DNA of 63,468 nucleotides, the filler included, from Licmophora abbreviata (Eukaryota): NCBI GenBank assembly GCA_900291995.1. It is 18 parts of 18 records of this genome, joined end to end, with 100 filler letters (N's around TTAATTAATTAA, not from the genome) between each part and the next. Parts side by side here need not be neighbours in the genome. Positions count along the whole stretch, not along the records: positions 42,496 to 49,142 come from OLMU01002424.1; positions 49,243 to 53,697 come from OLMU01002425.1; positions 53,798 to 55,360 come from OLMU01002427.1; positions 55,461 to 57,456 come from OLMU01002428.1; positions 57,557 to 59,110 come from OLMU01002431.1; 13 more parts are not named here. One strand, 5' to 3'. Positions 46,005 to 57,736 of this stretch are shown one piece after another. The first letter of the stretch is position 1. Each line of letters starts with the position of its first letter. Both the position numbers and the translations under genes were made by a program. Under the pieces are notes generated by a model, which was not told the DNA's origin, did no database searches, and saw only the letters and a list, made by a program, of their open reading frames with translations.

Positions 46005-47270
46005 ATGAGCAGCAGTTCGTCTCCTCTCTTGCGCCTTTCCAAGGCTCAACTTACTCCTTCAGGACTCTTACTGCTAGATCGATCCGATGGAGAAGTTGAA
46101 CTCATGCGTCGTGAAGAAATGGAGCTGCGAAGCGAGCAGCATGACGACACTACTAGTAAGAACGCTCTTGTAGTCGGCAATTTGGTTGTGACGCTCACGA
46201 CCCATCGCCTGGTTTTTCATAAGCAAGACGGCAACAATGACGATACGACGCGATTTCTACATCTTTCCAATGTCCATGCGGTAAACTCCGTCGGTGGCGG
46301 TGCACAACGAGTCTTTCACATTGGACCAAGTCACAAGATTTCGATTGCCACCTACAGCATGGGAGAATTCTTACTCGTCTTTCGGACTGCGTCGGCCAAC
46401 AAAGATCGAGAGGACATGATGACCTTGTTAGAAAAGTCGTTGGAACGACGAGCTTGGGAAACTGCCAGTCGACTCAAGGAAAAACAGCGTAGCATGCCTA
46501 GTGAGTCTGTTACGAAACGTCGAGTGGGGGTGGATGCAATCATGGCCAAGTCCAAGATGCAGCACCGACAGGCGGCGAAATTGACTGATCAAGCTTTTGA
46601 CGGGGATGCAGAAACGTTGTTGCGAGAAGCAAAAGAACTTGTTACGATCATTCACAAGTATGTTCGCACTTTGGAGCAGCCGACTAGCAGCACTACAGGT
46701 ACGAAAGCAGGTGCAAAGGACGATGATCCTGATGCGGCGAGACTGTCAGAAATGATGTCCGACATGGGCATGACGTCGGCCTTGTCCAAGTCCGATCATC
46801 GGGGTGGTGCTTACTACGACACTCTAGCGCGACAACTATCGGATTTCTTAAGACCAAAACTGAAAAAGGTCGGAGGCCTCATGACTTTGACGGATGCCTA
46901 TTGTTTATTCAATCGAGCGCGAGGAACCAACCTCATTTCACCACGAGATTTGGTAAAGGCGGTTGAAACTATGGGGCCGCTGCATTTGGGCATGTCGCTA
47001 CGGGAATTCACTAGTGGCGTTAAGGTAGTACAGGATGACTCGTTTGACGCCAAGGAGATGGCGCAAAAGTTGCGTCGCCTCGCGCAATCTACGCCGCTCA
47101 CGTCGCTCGAAGTGAGTCGGGAGTTGCACATTTCGGCATTGCTGGCGCACGAACAGCTTGTGGCGGCCGAACAATTGGGATATCTTTGTCGCGATGTCAC
47201 TTTAGAGTCCACACGGTTCTATCTCAATCGCTTTACCGAATTTACAAACCAACAGACGATTGTGCAGTAG
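46005..47270 (+). CDS. VPS36: ESCRT-II subunit VPS36
   Basis: GLUE-like LTTHRLVF, VGVDAI..AFDGDAETLLREAKELV and GGLMTLTDAYCLFNRARGTNLISPRDL winged-helix region. Confidence 0.9.
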   Translation: MSSSSSPLLRLSKAQLTPSGLLLLDRSDGEVELMRREEMELRSEQHDDTTSKNALVVGNLVVTLTTHRLVFHKQDGNNDDTTRFLHLSNVHAVNSVGGGAQRVFHIGPSHKISIATYSMGEFLLVFRTASANKDREDMMTLLEKSLERRAWETASRLKEKQRSMPSESVTKRRVGVDAIMAKSKMQHRQAAKLTDQAFDGDAETLLREAKELVTIIHKYVRTLEQPTSSTTGTKAGAKDDDPDAARLSEMMSDMGMTSALSKSDHRGGAYYDTLARQLSDFLRPKLKKVGGLMTLTDAYCLFNRARGTNLISPRDLVKAVETMGPLHLGMSLREFTSGVKVVQDDSFDAKEMAQKLRRLAQSTPLTSLEVSRELHISALLAHEQLVAAEQLGYLCRDVTLESTRFYLNRFTEFTNQQTIVQ

Positions 47271-47563
47271 AACTTGCTTTCTATTACTATAGAGAGACGT
47301 GCTTAGCGTGGTCTTTTGAACACATGACATTAAGGGTACAATTTTGAACTATGAAATGGGCGACTGTAAGTCAAAGCGCATGTATGCGCTGTGGACTCCA
47401 ACTCGATTTCGTATGGCAGAGCTGAATTGAAGCATACAAGAAACTCCTCTCAGGACGATCTCCCTGGTTGAATTTTGGCTTTTGCTAGAGTGACAGGGTC
47501 TTCTCTCACCCTTTGTAGTGGATTCACATGACATTGTTCGCTGGCTTCCTACTTTCCCTGGGA

Positions 47564-50500
47564 TTATGCTGCCTGTCGATCCCGATCGCGAGGCTGTCGG
47601 AGTCGACCGTCTCCTTGGACTTGGGTGGTTCTGGGGTTCTTGTCGTCGTTGTTGTCTGTCAGTCCTTTCATGATGAACGCGGACGCAGATCCACCAATCC
47701 CTTGATATGAAGGCGCCGGACTGGCACTCGGCGTATCTGTATTGCGGTTTGAAGGTGCCGGGCTGGCGCTCGGTCCGTCTGTACCAGGGCTCGAAGGCGC
47801 TGGACTGGCGCTCGGGGCAAAGGTGCCGTCAGATGCTGATCCACCTGCACCCGCGTCGAGACCACTTGATGGCGCTGGACTGGCGCTCGGTGCCTCAGTC
47901 CCAGCATCGCCGGGCTCTGGGCCTCCACCCGACGAAGATCCGCTGCCTCCCACATCTACTCCAACCGTTGGTACTGGACTGGCACTTGGTACAGGACTGG
48001 TGCTCGGCGCTGGGCTTGTGCTAGGGGCATCAGTACCGAGGCTGGTCGGCGTCGAGGGAGGTGAGGGCGAAGTCGTGATTGACGGTTGACTTGGTGCCGT
48101 TGGAGGAACCAGTGATGGAGCTGGGGACAAACTCGGGGCAGGGCTGGCGCTGGGCATCATTTCCAGAACAGGTGATTTGGTTGGAACAGCGGTCGGCGTC
48201 GGTGTCGGTGGGTTGCAGTCGCCAGGGCAGAAGCAGATATTCCGAACGGCAGTCGAACTAGCGAGAACCAATTTAACGCTTTCCACATCAGCGGTGTTGA
48301 ACGTTTCAGTTTGAACGGAGTTGTCGCCCAAGCCTGTGAGGCTCTGGACCGTCATTCCACCGGATGTGGCGACCTCGAAAAAATCTCTTCCATCTGAGTC
48401 GTTGTCCAGCAGCCCAATGGTTAAAAGTCGTTCCACGGGACACGTGAACGCAAACTGGATACTGCCCCCATACGCGTTATCGTCTGGCTCTTCCTTGTCG
48501 GACTCTTGAATGATCAAGACATTACCCTGTGGCGAACAATTTGCTCCTTGTCGATTTGGCTCCCCTCCCGAGCCTTCTCCTGGCCCAGAAGGACTGCACT
48601 TCTTATTGGGGCTGCCAAGATCGGCGTCTTCTGTGTCGTATCGAGTCGAGTCAAAGATTCTGGCCTGACCGTCCGGGGTGAATCCACCGTCGCTCGATTG
48701 TGCCGTGATGATCATACCGTAAGTACTGAACCACTGCTGACCAACATAGTCGCCATGCACGAGGGGCTCGTTGTTTTCGGGTATTGTGGAGAAGTCGACG
48801 CAGACCTTCGAACAAACGCCGGGTGGTAATGGGGAGGGTGTGATCGACTGTGACGGTGTGTCAGGTTCTGATGGCATATTGGGCTCAGATGGGCTACTAG
48901 GGACGCCAGATGGGTCACTGGGAACGTTCGATTCAACTGGCGATGGGGTCCCAACGTTGCCCGCGCTTGGCACCGAAGGGAACGTTGGATGGGAAGGAGC
49001 AGTAGGATTGGCTATTGGTGGGGCCGGGGATGAGCTTGGCGCTGGACTCGCACTTGGTCCTGGGCTCACGGGCGTGGACGGCTCGGATGGGCTCGACTGG
49101 GAAGGTGTAGGAGGCAAAACAGGCATCGCCGGATCGCTGGGANNNNNNNNNNNNNNNNNNNNNNNNNNNNNNNNNNNNNNNNNNNNTTAATTAATTAANN
49201 NNNNNNNNNNNNNNNNNNNNNNNNNNNNNNNNNNNNNNNNNNGAATCACCACCCGATGGCGCTGGTGATGAGCTGGGTGCGGGGCTCTCACTCGGAGCTT
49301 CGGTCGTAGAGTAGGGGGTCTCAGTCGGTGCGGCAGTCTGCGTGACTACGGTAGAGTCTGAGCCAGTTGTTGATCCTCCGTCATCGAAGACACCGGATGC
49401 GGTAAGCACATGACTCGTCATCTCGTCAGACAAGCTGGACATCTCTTCGATAAATTGGCAAGTGTAGTCCATGTTGACAGCGATTGGTGTTGTCGGTAAG
49501 TTACACGTACCCAATCCGCCTACGCTGCCGAAGATACTGTCGACAAGACTTGTAATGGTAAGCGCATGCTCGCTCGACGTATTTCGAATGATCAACGTGA
49601 ATTTGACGCTACTAGATCCTTGTGAGCCAGCGGGTTCAAGACTGGAACCGTAGGAAACACTCATACTTGACAGTTCGTTTGTCGACGGCACACCTGGTGA
49701 TGGCGCAGGGGACGAACTTGGCGATGGGCTGACACTAGGCATCTCGTCCACTGGAGCCTTGGTTGGAACTGGACTCGGCATTTTGGGGGCTGAGTCACAG
49801 TCCCCGGGACAGAAACAGATATGCCGTACCCCGAGTGAGTTTGCAACCACGATACGGACATTCTTTACATCTGCTATATTGAGTGATTCCGTCTGCACTG
49901 AATTGTCGCCGAGACCATGAATTGGCAAGACACTCATGCCACTTGTCGTGGAAACCTCAAAGTAGTCCATCTTGTGCTCGGGCATATCCATCAGTCCAAT
50001 ATTCAAGAGCTTTTCTATGGGACAGGAAAAGTCAAACCTTACCAAGCCGCCATGCGCATTGTCGTCCGGCTCTTCTTTGTCTGACTCCTGGATGATCAAG
50101 ACATTGCCCTGGGGAAAACAGTTCTCACCCTCCATACCAGGTGCGCCGCCTCGTCCTCGTCCTGGACCTGAAGGACTGCATTGCTGATTAGGACTCCCAA
50201 GGTCAGGATCTTCAGTTTGTTCACGCGAAGTGTCAAAAATGCGAGCCTGTCCGTTTGGAGTGTATCCACCATTGCTCGACAGCGCTGTTACAATAAGGCC
50301 ATAAGTGCCAAACCATTGTTGACCTACATAGTCGCCATGTTTGAGCGGCTCGCTACTCTCGGGATTTGTGGAGAAGTCAATGCATACCTGCTGAGATGCG
50401 CATGTGCCGGCAGGTGGAGTCGTAGTGGCTATCGTAGGAGGCGGGGTTAGTTTGACAGGTGGGCTTGTGGGAAGAGTTGGCAACGACGTCACAGTCGGTT

Positions 50501-53048
50501 GAAATGGCATACTAGGCTGCGATGGCAATGTGGGCGCAGTGACGGGCTGTGACGTAGGCTCCGAGGGTTCGGTCGGAGATGCGCTTGGCATCGATGGCAC
50601 ATTAGGCGCCCCGCCAGATGGGGTCGGTGGTGCGCTGGGTGTCTGGTCGCTATTGTCGGTCGGAGCAGGGCTTAATGAGGGCGCTAGAGACTCGCTCGGT
50701 AAAGGGCTGTCGCTTGGCCGGCCACAGTCGCCGGGACAGAAGCAAACGTAGCTCACTCCGAGAGAATTTTTGGCTACAATGCTGAGACTGTATACATCGA
50801 CCATCGTATCAAGGGTCTCTTCTTGAAACGCATTGTCCCCTAGCCCTTTGATAGTCTGCTGCTGTAATCCTGTTGGTGTAGACACCTCAAAGTAGTCCTT
50901 ATCACTTTGAATATCCATCAGGCCAACAGTCAGTAGTCTCTCGATGGGGCAAGCAAAAGCAAAACTCATTGTGCCACCGTAGGCATTGTCGTCGGGCTCT
51001 GGTTTGTCAGACTCCTGGATGACAAGAACATTGCCCTGCGGCGAGCAATTCTCACCCGGTTGCCTCGGAGCTCCCCCGCGTCCCCGTCCTGGCCCCGAAG
51101 GATTACATTTTTCATTCGGACTTCCAAGGTCGGAATCCTCTGTGCCACTGAGGGCGGTATTGAAGACCCTAGCCTGCCCATCAGGCGTGTATCCTCCATC
51201 AATCGACTCGGCGGTAACAACCATGCCGTACATACTGAACCACTCTTGCCTGACGTAGTCACCATGCTCCAGAGGCTCATCGCCACCGGGTAGGGTGGAG
51301 AAGTCAATGCAAACCGGCTCTGAGCTGCATTGTGCCCCTCCAGTGGGCTGAGAAGGCTCACTTGGAACCGCTGGCGTACTGGGCGGGTCACTCGGTACGC
51401 TAGGCACCGACGGGGACGAGGGCGTAGATTCCGGTGATAATGTGGGTGTGGAAGACGGTGTCTTCGATGGGATATTTGATTCGGATGGTGCACTCGATGA
51501 TACATCAGATGGTGCAGGTGACAGACTGGGTGCAGGGCTTTGGCTTGACACCATGTCCGTATCGCTTGGAGTCATCGTCCCACCCTGTACCGCGCCGGTC
51601 GGAGCAGGTGATGCACTAGAACTCGGGTTCACGCTAGGCATTGGACTCTCGCTTGGTGCCGGACTCTCACTGGGTGCAGGACTGATAGATGGGAATGGTG
51701 GCTGGCTTGAACTGTTGCAGTTACCCGGACAGAAGCAAAGCTTGCTCACTCCCAGCGAATTAGCAACAACCACATTGACGCGGTTGACTTCCATCATATT
51801 GTCAAACGTCTCCATCTGAAAAGCGTTGTCACCAAGACCATTGATGTTTCTGGTTGTCCTTCCATCTGACTTGTAGATCTGAAAAGAATTACCACTCCGA
51901 CCACTAATATCCAGCAATCCGATTGCCAGTAGTTTTTCCACAGGACAGGTAAAAGTGAAACTCATGGTCCCACCGAAAGCATTGTCATCGGGCTCTTCCT
52001 TGTCGGATTCTTGGATGATGAGCACGTTACCCAGAGGATCGCAGTTCTCTCCTGGTCGCCCCGGAGCTCCTCCTCGACCCATTCCAGGGCCAGAGGGACT
52101 GCACTTCTCGTTTGGGCTACCAAGATCTGTATCCTCGGTGTTTTCTTTTGATGTGTCAAAGATACGCGCCCCACTAGGCCTCCAGTCCCCGTTCGTGTTT
52201 GAAATGACGGAGATGACCATTCCGTACGAGCTGGCCCACTCGGTGCTAACGTAGTCTCCATGCATCAAATATTCGTTGGATTCCGGAATCATCGAAAAGT
52301 CAATGCAGACTTGTTCCGACTCGCAGGACTCTGCGCCTGGAAGCCCAGCGGTTGTAGGTTGTCCCAGCGACTGTGGAGCTGGCGTAGGATTCGTGCCAGT
52401 GGAAGTAGGAATCGGAGTCGGTGTCGTTCCGGTTGTTGTGGGTTGCCCTAGCGATTGTGGAGCTGGTGTGGTGTTGGTGACAGTGGCAGTAGGAGGAGGA
52501 GTTGGTGTCGTTTCTGGGGTGCTGGTCGGGCTGTCTGCGAGGCCGGAAGGAGTCTTGGTGGGTTCCGGTGCAGACGTCGGTGTTTTGGTGGGTTCCGGTG
52601 CCGACGTCGGTGCCGTGACGGGAGATTCGCTTGGGGTTTGACTGGGTCGAGCCGAGAGGCTCGGTTCTGAAGTCTCTTGGGATGGTGAAGCAGACGTACT
52701 TGGTTCAGCGGACATACTCGGCTCTCCGCTCGGCATGGCACTCATGCTGGGTTCCGCAGTTGTGGTCGGCTCCGCGCTGGGGGCCTCTTCTGCGATATAG
52801 GGGAACACTACTGACTCATTGTCTTCACCATCGAATCCAAAGTCCCGGGGACTTCGATTCCTCTGGATTCGACCACCAGCTGTGCGTCCGCCACTACGAC
52901 CACCCGTACGGCCACCGGCTGTGCGCACACGATAGTTTCCGATGGACCGAGCACGACCCCCTTGCTCCTCGCCACGTCCGCTCACTTTGAAGCCGTGTAC
53001 GGCAGCGGACAGAGTCAACAGACTCAAAAGCGTGCTGGCAAATCTCAT
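47564..53048 (-). CDS. Very large secreted Pro/Ser/Thr-rich (mucin-like) protein with four ~195-aa repeated Cys/Gly domains and one Ig-like repeat; spans the gap at 49143
   Basis: Signal peptide, intronless 1285- and 520-codon ORFs with the same domain, and PSxSPAPS linkers. Confidence 0.85.
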
Positions 53049-53797
53049 GACTGAAATCTACTCGGATAGAGAGGAAACGGAAAAAATGAGACTCCATTGC
53101 TAGTTTTACATGAACAGGCCTGCAACTCGCGACAGGCCAACATCCCCTGAAACATCATAGCATCACAGCTCAACTCCACCAGACAATGTACAATCAGGAA
53201 ACTGACCTGCGATGGATTCTCGTCGATAGAAGCAGCAACGTTGTCGCCTCAAAGAGTCACAGCGGTCTTCAAATGAAGAAAAGGTTGGGAAAGTGGACTT
53301 ATCTTCGGGCCTTTCCCTCTTGCGATGAGTGATTGAAAAAAGTGGGTCGGGTTTGATCCATTATGACCTCAAAGACGGTCGAGATTTATCACGACAAAAA
53401 ATGTCTAAGCCTGCCGGGGGGTCATGGTTGTGGTTCGGGCCTCATGATAAACATTTGTCTAAGCCTGCGGGGGCTATTCCTTGTCTTTGGGCCTCTCTGA
53501 AAAGGCTTGAGATTTATCGCGATCACTTATGCCAGAGATTCTTTTGTTTGGAATTGATCATTCAACGCGGTATATAGAAACTAAAATGACCGCATCCTCA
53601 GGCTTTCAAGCAACCCGGAATTTTCGAAAGTCTGCCCGCTTTGCGTTTCCACCACAAAAGCATCCGACGTCATCACGCATCACAAAAAAAGCATCTTNNN
53701 NNNNNNNNNNNNNNNNNNNNNNNNNNNNNNNNNNNNNNNNNTTAATTAATTAANNNNNNNNNNNNNNNNNNNNNNNNNNNNNNNNNNNNNNNNNNNN

Positions 53798-55566
53798 TTC
53801 CGGAATCTCCTTGATCATATCTGCCGCGGACATGACATTATCATTGACGGCATCGTCGAGCTGCTTGGCGAGCTCAGGGTTGGCCTTCTCCCAGGCGGCA
53901 AAGGTCTCCTGCCATTCCGTGTACGCCTTCTCGTTCTTCGCCTGCACATCCTTGAAGAAGTCACGGGTTCCGTCAGAGACATACCACTTCTCGCCCTCGG
54001 GAAGCCCAATGTTCTTCTTGGCGTTGTCGACGTACGGAACGCCGGCCTCTCCGTGAGCAGCGTTGGTTCCCTCAGTCTCTTCCATACCCTTTCCGATGAT
54101 GGTGTTGCACTTGATGAATTTGGGCTTGCCGTTGTCGCTCGCCTTGGCGGCGGCGATGGTCTCTTCGACCACGGCGAGGTCATGTCCATCAATGTCATAG
54201 ACTTCCCAACCGTAGGCCTCATAACGCTTGAGGATGTCCTCGGACTGTGTGTATTCGGCCATCTTGTCAAGAGTCACCTCGTTGGCATCGTAAAGGACGA
54301 TAAGGTTATCGAGCTTCTCGTGTGCGGCAAAACACGCAGACTCGGCAGACACACCCTCCTGAAAGCAACCGTCTCCGGCAAGGGCATAGACGTGGTGGTC
54401 AAAGATGGTGTGGTCGTCCGTGTTGTAGACTGCCTCGGCCATCTTCTCGGAGGCGGCAACGCCGACAGCGTTGGAAACACCCTGTCCAAGAGGTCCAGTG
54501 GTGCTCTCGATACCGGGGGTGTTGTGCTCCGAACTGGGGAACTCGGGGTGGCCTGGTGTCATCGAGTGGTGTTGACGAAAGTTTTTGACCTCATCCATGG
54601 GAAGGTCAAATCCAGCAAGGTTGAGCCACGAGTAAAGGAACATAGATCCGTGTCCAGCCGAGAGGATGAAGCGATCGCGGTTGATCCACTGGGGATCGCT
54701 GGCATGGTAGGACATCTGGATTGCATTCGAGAGAAGCACATAACAAAAATGTGAGCGAAATTTGCAGTGGAGAAAGGCATACGTCACCAATATAGGCACT
54801 CATGACCCGATTGGTCTCCACCGAACGCAATTGCAGCGGATGAAGTCGAGCAATCAAAGGGAAACGCACCTGAGAACCGTACAGCGAGGCCCCAATCTCG
54901 GCAGCACCAAGAGGAAGACCCATGTGTCCAGAGTGGGCAGCAGCGATGGAGTCCATGGCAAGACCACGAGCCTCGTTGGCGGCAGTGGCGAGAGCCGCCA
55001 TCTTGTCGGTCTCGACCGCGGCGCTCATCTTGAGCTGAATTTGCAGCCAGATTCAAAAGTTTGAAAGATATCAGCATAGACCAGCCGGAAAAATAATAAG
55101 AGAGGCGGATCAGATCCGTGGTGGGAAAGTAAAGCATCAGAAACAATGGGCGTGAGAACAACAATTCGAAGAGCACATCCGAGCGCAAAATTGTTCTGTA
55201 GTCGACAGAAGTACGCCACATGCAGCCACCTGGTCGCCCCTGGAGCAATGAAGACTGTGTAGTACCCTCACCGCTTCCTCGTTGAACCAGCCCCGTACCA
55301 ATCGTCGCTTCCGAAACCAACTTTTCTTGCCATGACACCCCCCCCCCCCGTCCTTCTCATNNNNNNNNNNNNNNNNNNNNNNNNNNNNNNNNNNNNNNNN
55401 NNNNTTAATTAATTAANNNNNNNNNNNNNNNNNNNNNNNNNNNNNNNNNNNNNNNNNNNNCCTGACTGCTGGTCGTAAAGGGGCGAGCCTTGACCGAGAC
55501 GCCAGCAAATCCCTGGATGCCAGTGGCCAAGGCCACGGCAAGAACAGCCGTAATGGAGAACTTCAT
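53798..55566 (-). CDS. TKL: Plastid transketolase, 3'-partial; signal-peptide exon starts at 55566 (across a gap), then exons 55034-54870 and 54715-<53798
   Basis: [20 protein letters not shown] presequence, [34 protein letters not shown] and the GDGCFQEG...N TPP-binding motif. Confidence 0.95.
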
Positions 55567-55962
55567 CTTGAACAACAAGAAAACCTTGACAGCAGTCGAT
55601 CCCCTCGGGTATTTGTGATGGGAAAGTTAAGCGCGATGAACGTGCCGCTTGGAGGGAAGCGTCGTCATACGTATGCGTTTCATTTGCGTGGAATCAGTAC
55701 TAAAAATGCGTAGCCAGAGCCTCCCTACCAAATCTTGCGTGGCCAAGCGCGCTTGCGTCATGAATCTCACGAGCTCTCCAATGGTTGAGAGCTCGCATTT
55801 TGCTTCAAAGAAAACCCGGACATAAGATCTCAGAATTCAGAACGGATGAACTTCCTCAATTCCGAGTTGGAACTGTGTTTGACACCCTCTTGAGCCTTCT
55901 TGCTGCCTAGATGCCTCGTTATTAGCCCTTGCTTGTCGCGCATCCCTGAATTCGAGGTTAGA

Positions 55963-57456
55963 ATGGAAGAATTTGATGAAATCGATGAAGGAATAGTCAA
56001 TCATGAGAACGAGCCTGAGATATCCGAATCCGCGCACTCGATCGTGCGACAGACGATCGAAACCATGGAGTCGTCGCAGCTTTGCATCCATCCAGTTCAC
56101 AATCACTCCTTCTCGCCTGTCAATTTTATGATTTCCGTTCGAAAGTGTACCGCCTGCGAATCTCGGCTGAAACCAGTCTTTGGAGGCGACAACAGAGTCG
56201 TACGATGTCTGGCATGCGGTGTCTATGCCCATCGGTCGTGCGCCATGGCGGCTTCCAATGAATCCTTATGGATGCCGAAGAATAAGAAGTGTGCTGTCAA
56301 TTCTTCACATCTGAAGGAAGCTGGGAGTGGAGTGACAGAGGCGATGGAAGACGACCCGCTGTTGGTATCTGAACCAGACACGATTGCGAGTCCATCCGTA
56401 CGAGAGGATCCCGTACAACCACAGAGCGATCGTATAGTTTCGGACGTCCCGGCGAATCCATTGATACACTTGCTATCGGTATCTAGTGGCCTCTTCGTAA
56501 GAGGGGGATCGGTGACCCCAGCACTCGCCGCTGGCGAAGCTCCAATAGAAAACGAGGAAACCTTGGTGAATGATGATACTTCGAGAAACAACAAGCACGG
56601 CATTCCACCTCCAGACGAAGCCGCTCCGAATGGGGGCTTTGCAGAAACGAACGAGCTTGATGCGTCGGAAATTACCACGGCCCCAACGAATGCGTTTCAC
56701 CATACCGTGTTGACAACAACCGACATGTCCTCGTCCGTCCTCGATGATGAAGACGACGACGAGGCGATGGTTTGGACTCCAGAAGGGCCACCGCGGCACT
56801 GGGCAGACTCTAAGTCGCTAGACTCGATTTTACGAACGCACGTCGAAGATCACGCCGATACTAATGCTGCTCTTCAAATCGAGGGGTCATACAATGACGA
56901 GCCAATTCACATTGCTGACAACAAGTTTGCGAGCGTATCCCGAGCATTGCAAGAGAATATTGTTGCCCATTTTATCCGGCGGCCGTTCATTGAGCGATCG
57001 CTTTCGGAGGGCCAGTCCGAAGTCGGCACTCCAGATTTTGAGGGAAGTTCTAGCGAAGTAATTGAAGAAGTGGCCATTCGAAGAACAGGAACAATGGATT
57101 CGGAAACAGAGTCCAAGGTGGACATGAACGCGCTTTTGACTGAAGTTGAACCGACATCGCCAGAAAAACCCAGAAGCTCGATTGTAAAAGTGGCAGGTGG
57201 GACATACGAGGCTGCCAAGGCGGCGTCAAATGCGCAGCAGAAAATAGGTCTGGCTTGCGTTGCGGGTGGTATCGCTGGAGGCGTTGCCGGTCTTGTCATG
57301 GCTGGTCCAGCAGGGGCTATCATCGGCGCCAAGGCGGGACAGACTGCTGGTTTGCTCGGCGTCATTCTGGAAGGTACCATGACGGTGGGGGTGATCGTCG
57401 CGGGAGTTGCCGCCGGTGGTTTCACGGGGCATATGATACAGGAGAATCAGGAAAGG
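55963..57456 (+). CDS. C1 (phorbol ester/DAG-binding) zinc-finger protein with a glycine-zipper hydrophobic segment, 3'-partial
   Basis: H.F...C..C...RC..C...AH..C...C spacing and AGGIAGGVAGLVMAGPAGAIIGA. Confidence 0.7.
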
Positions 57457-57736
57457 NNNNNNNNNNNNNNNNNNNNNNNNNNNNNNNNNNNNNNNNNNNN
57501 TTAATTAATTAANNNNNNNNNNNNNNNNNNNNNNNNNNNNNNNNNNNNNNNNNNNNATACAGATACGAGTAGTCTAGCCATATCAAATTGAAATCCCGTC
57601 CGTCCTGTGCACGATACGGTGCAGGGCCGAAGTTACGGTATTACCTGGTCTGGAATCTACTTAGGCTTCAGAGGTCGATAGCGGCTCTGTATATGTAGCA
57701 CAATATTGTCCAACAAATAGCTTGCTGTTCATGAGT

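Noticed and set aside
57557..57736. Possible TPP riboswitch in the 3' UTR of the THI5-like gene (minus strand CCAGACCAGGTAATACC and a nearby hairpin)
   Set aside because: No CUGAGA motif and no GCG..GG closing of P4/P5. Only a partial resemblance; an Infernal search with RF00059 would be decisive.
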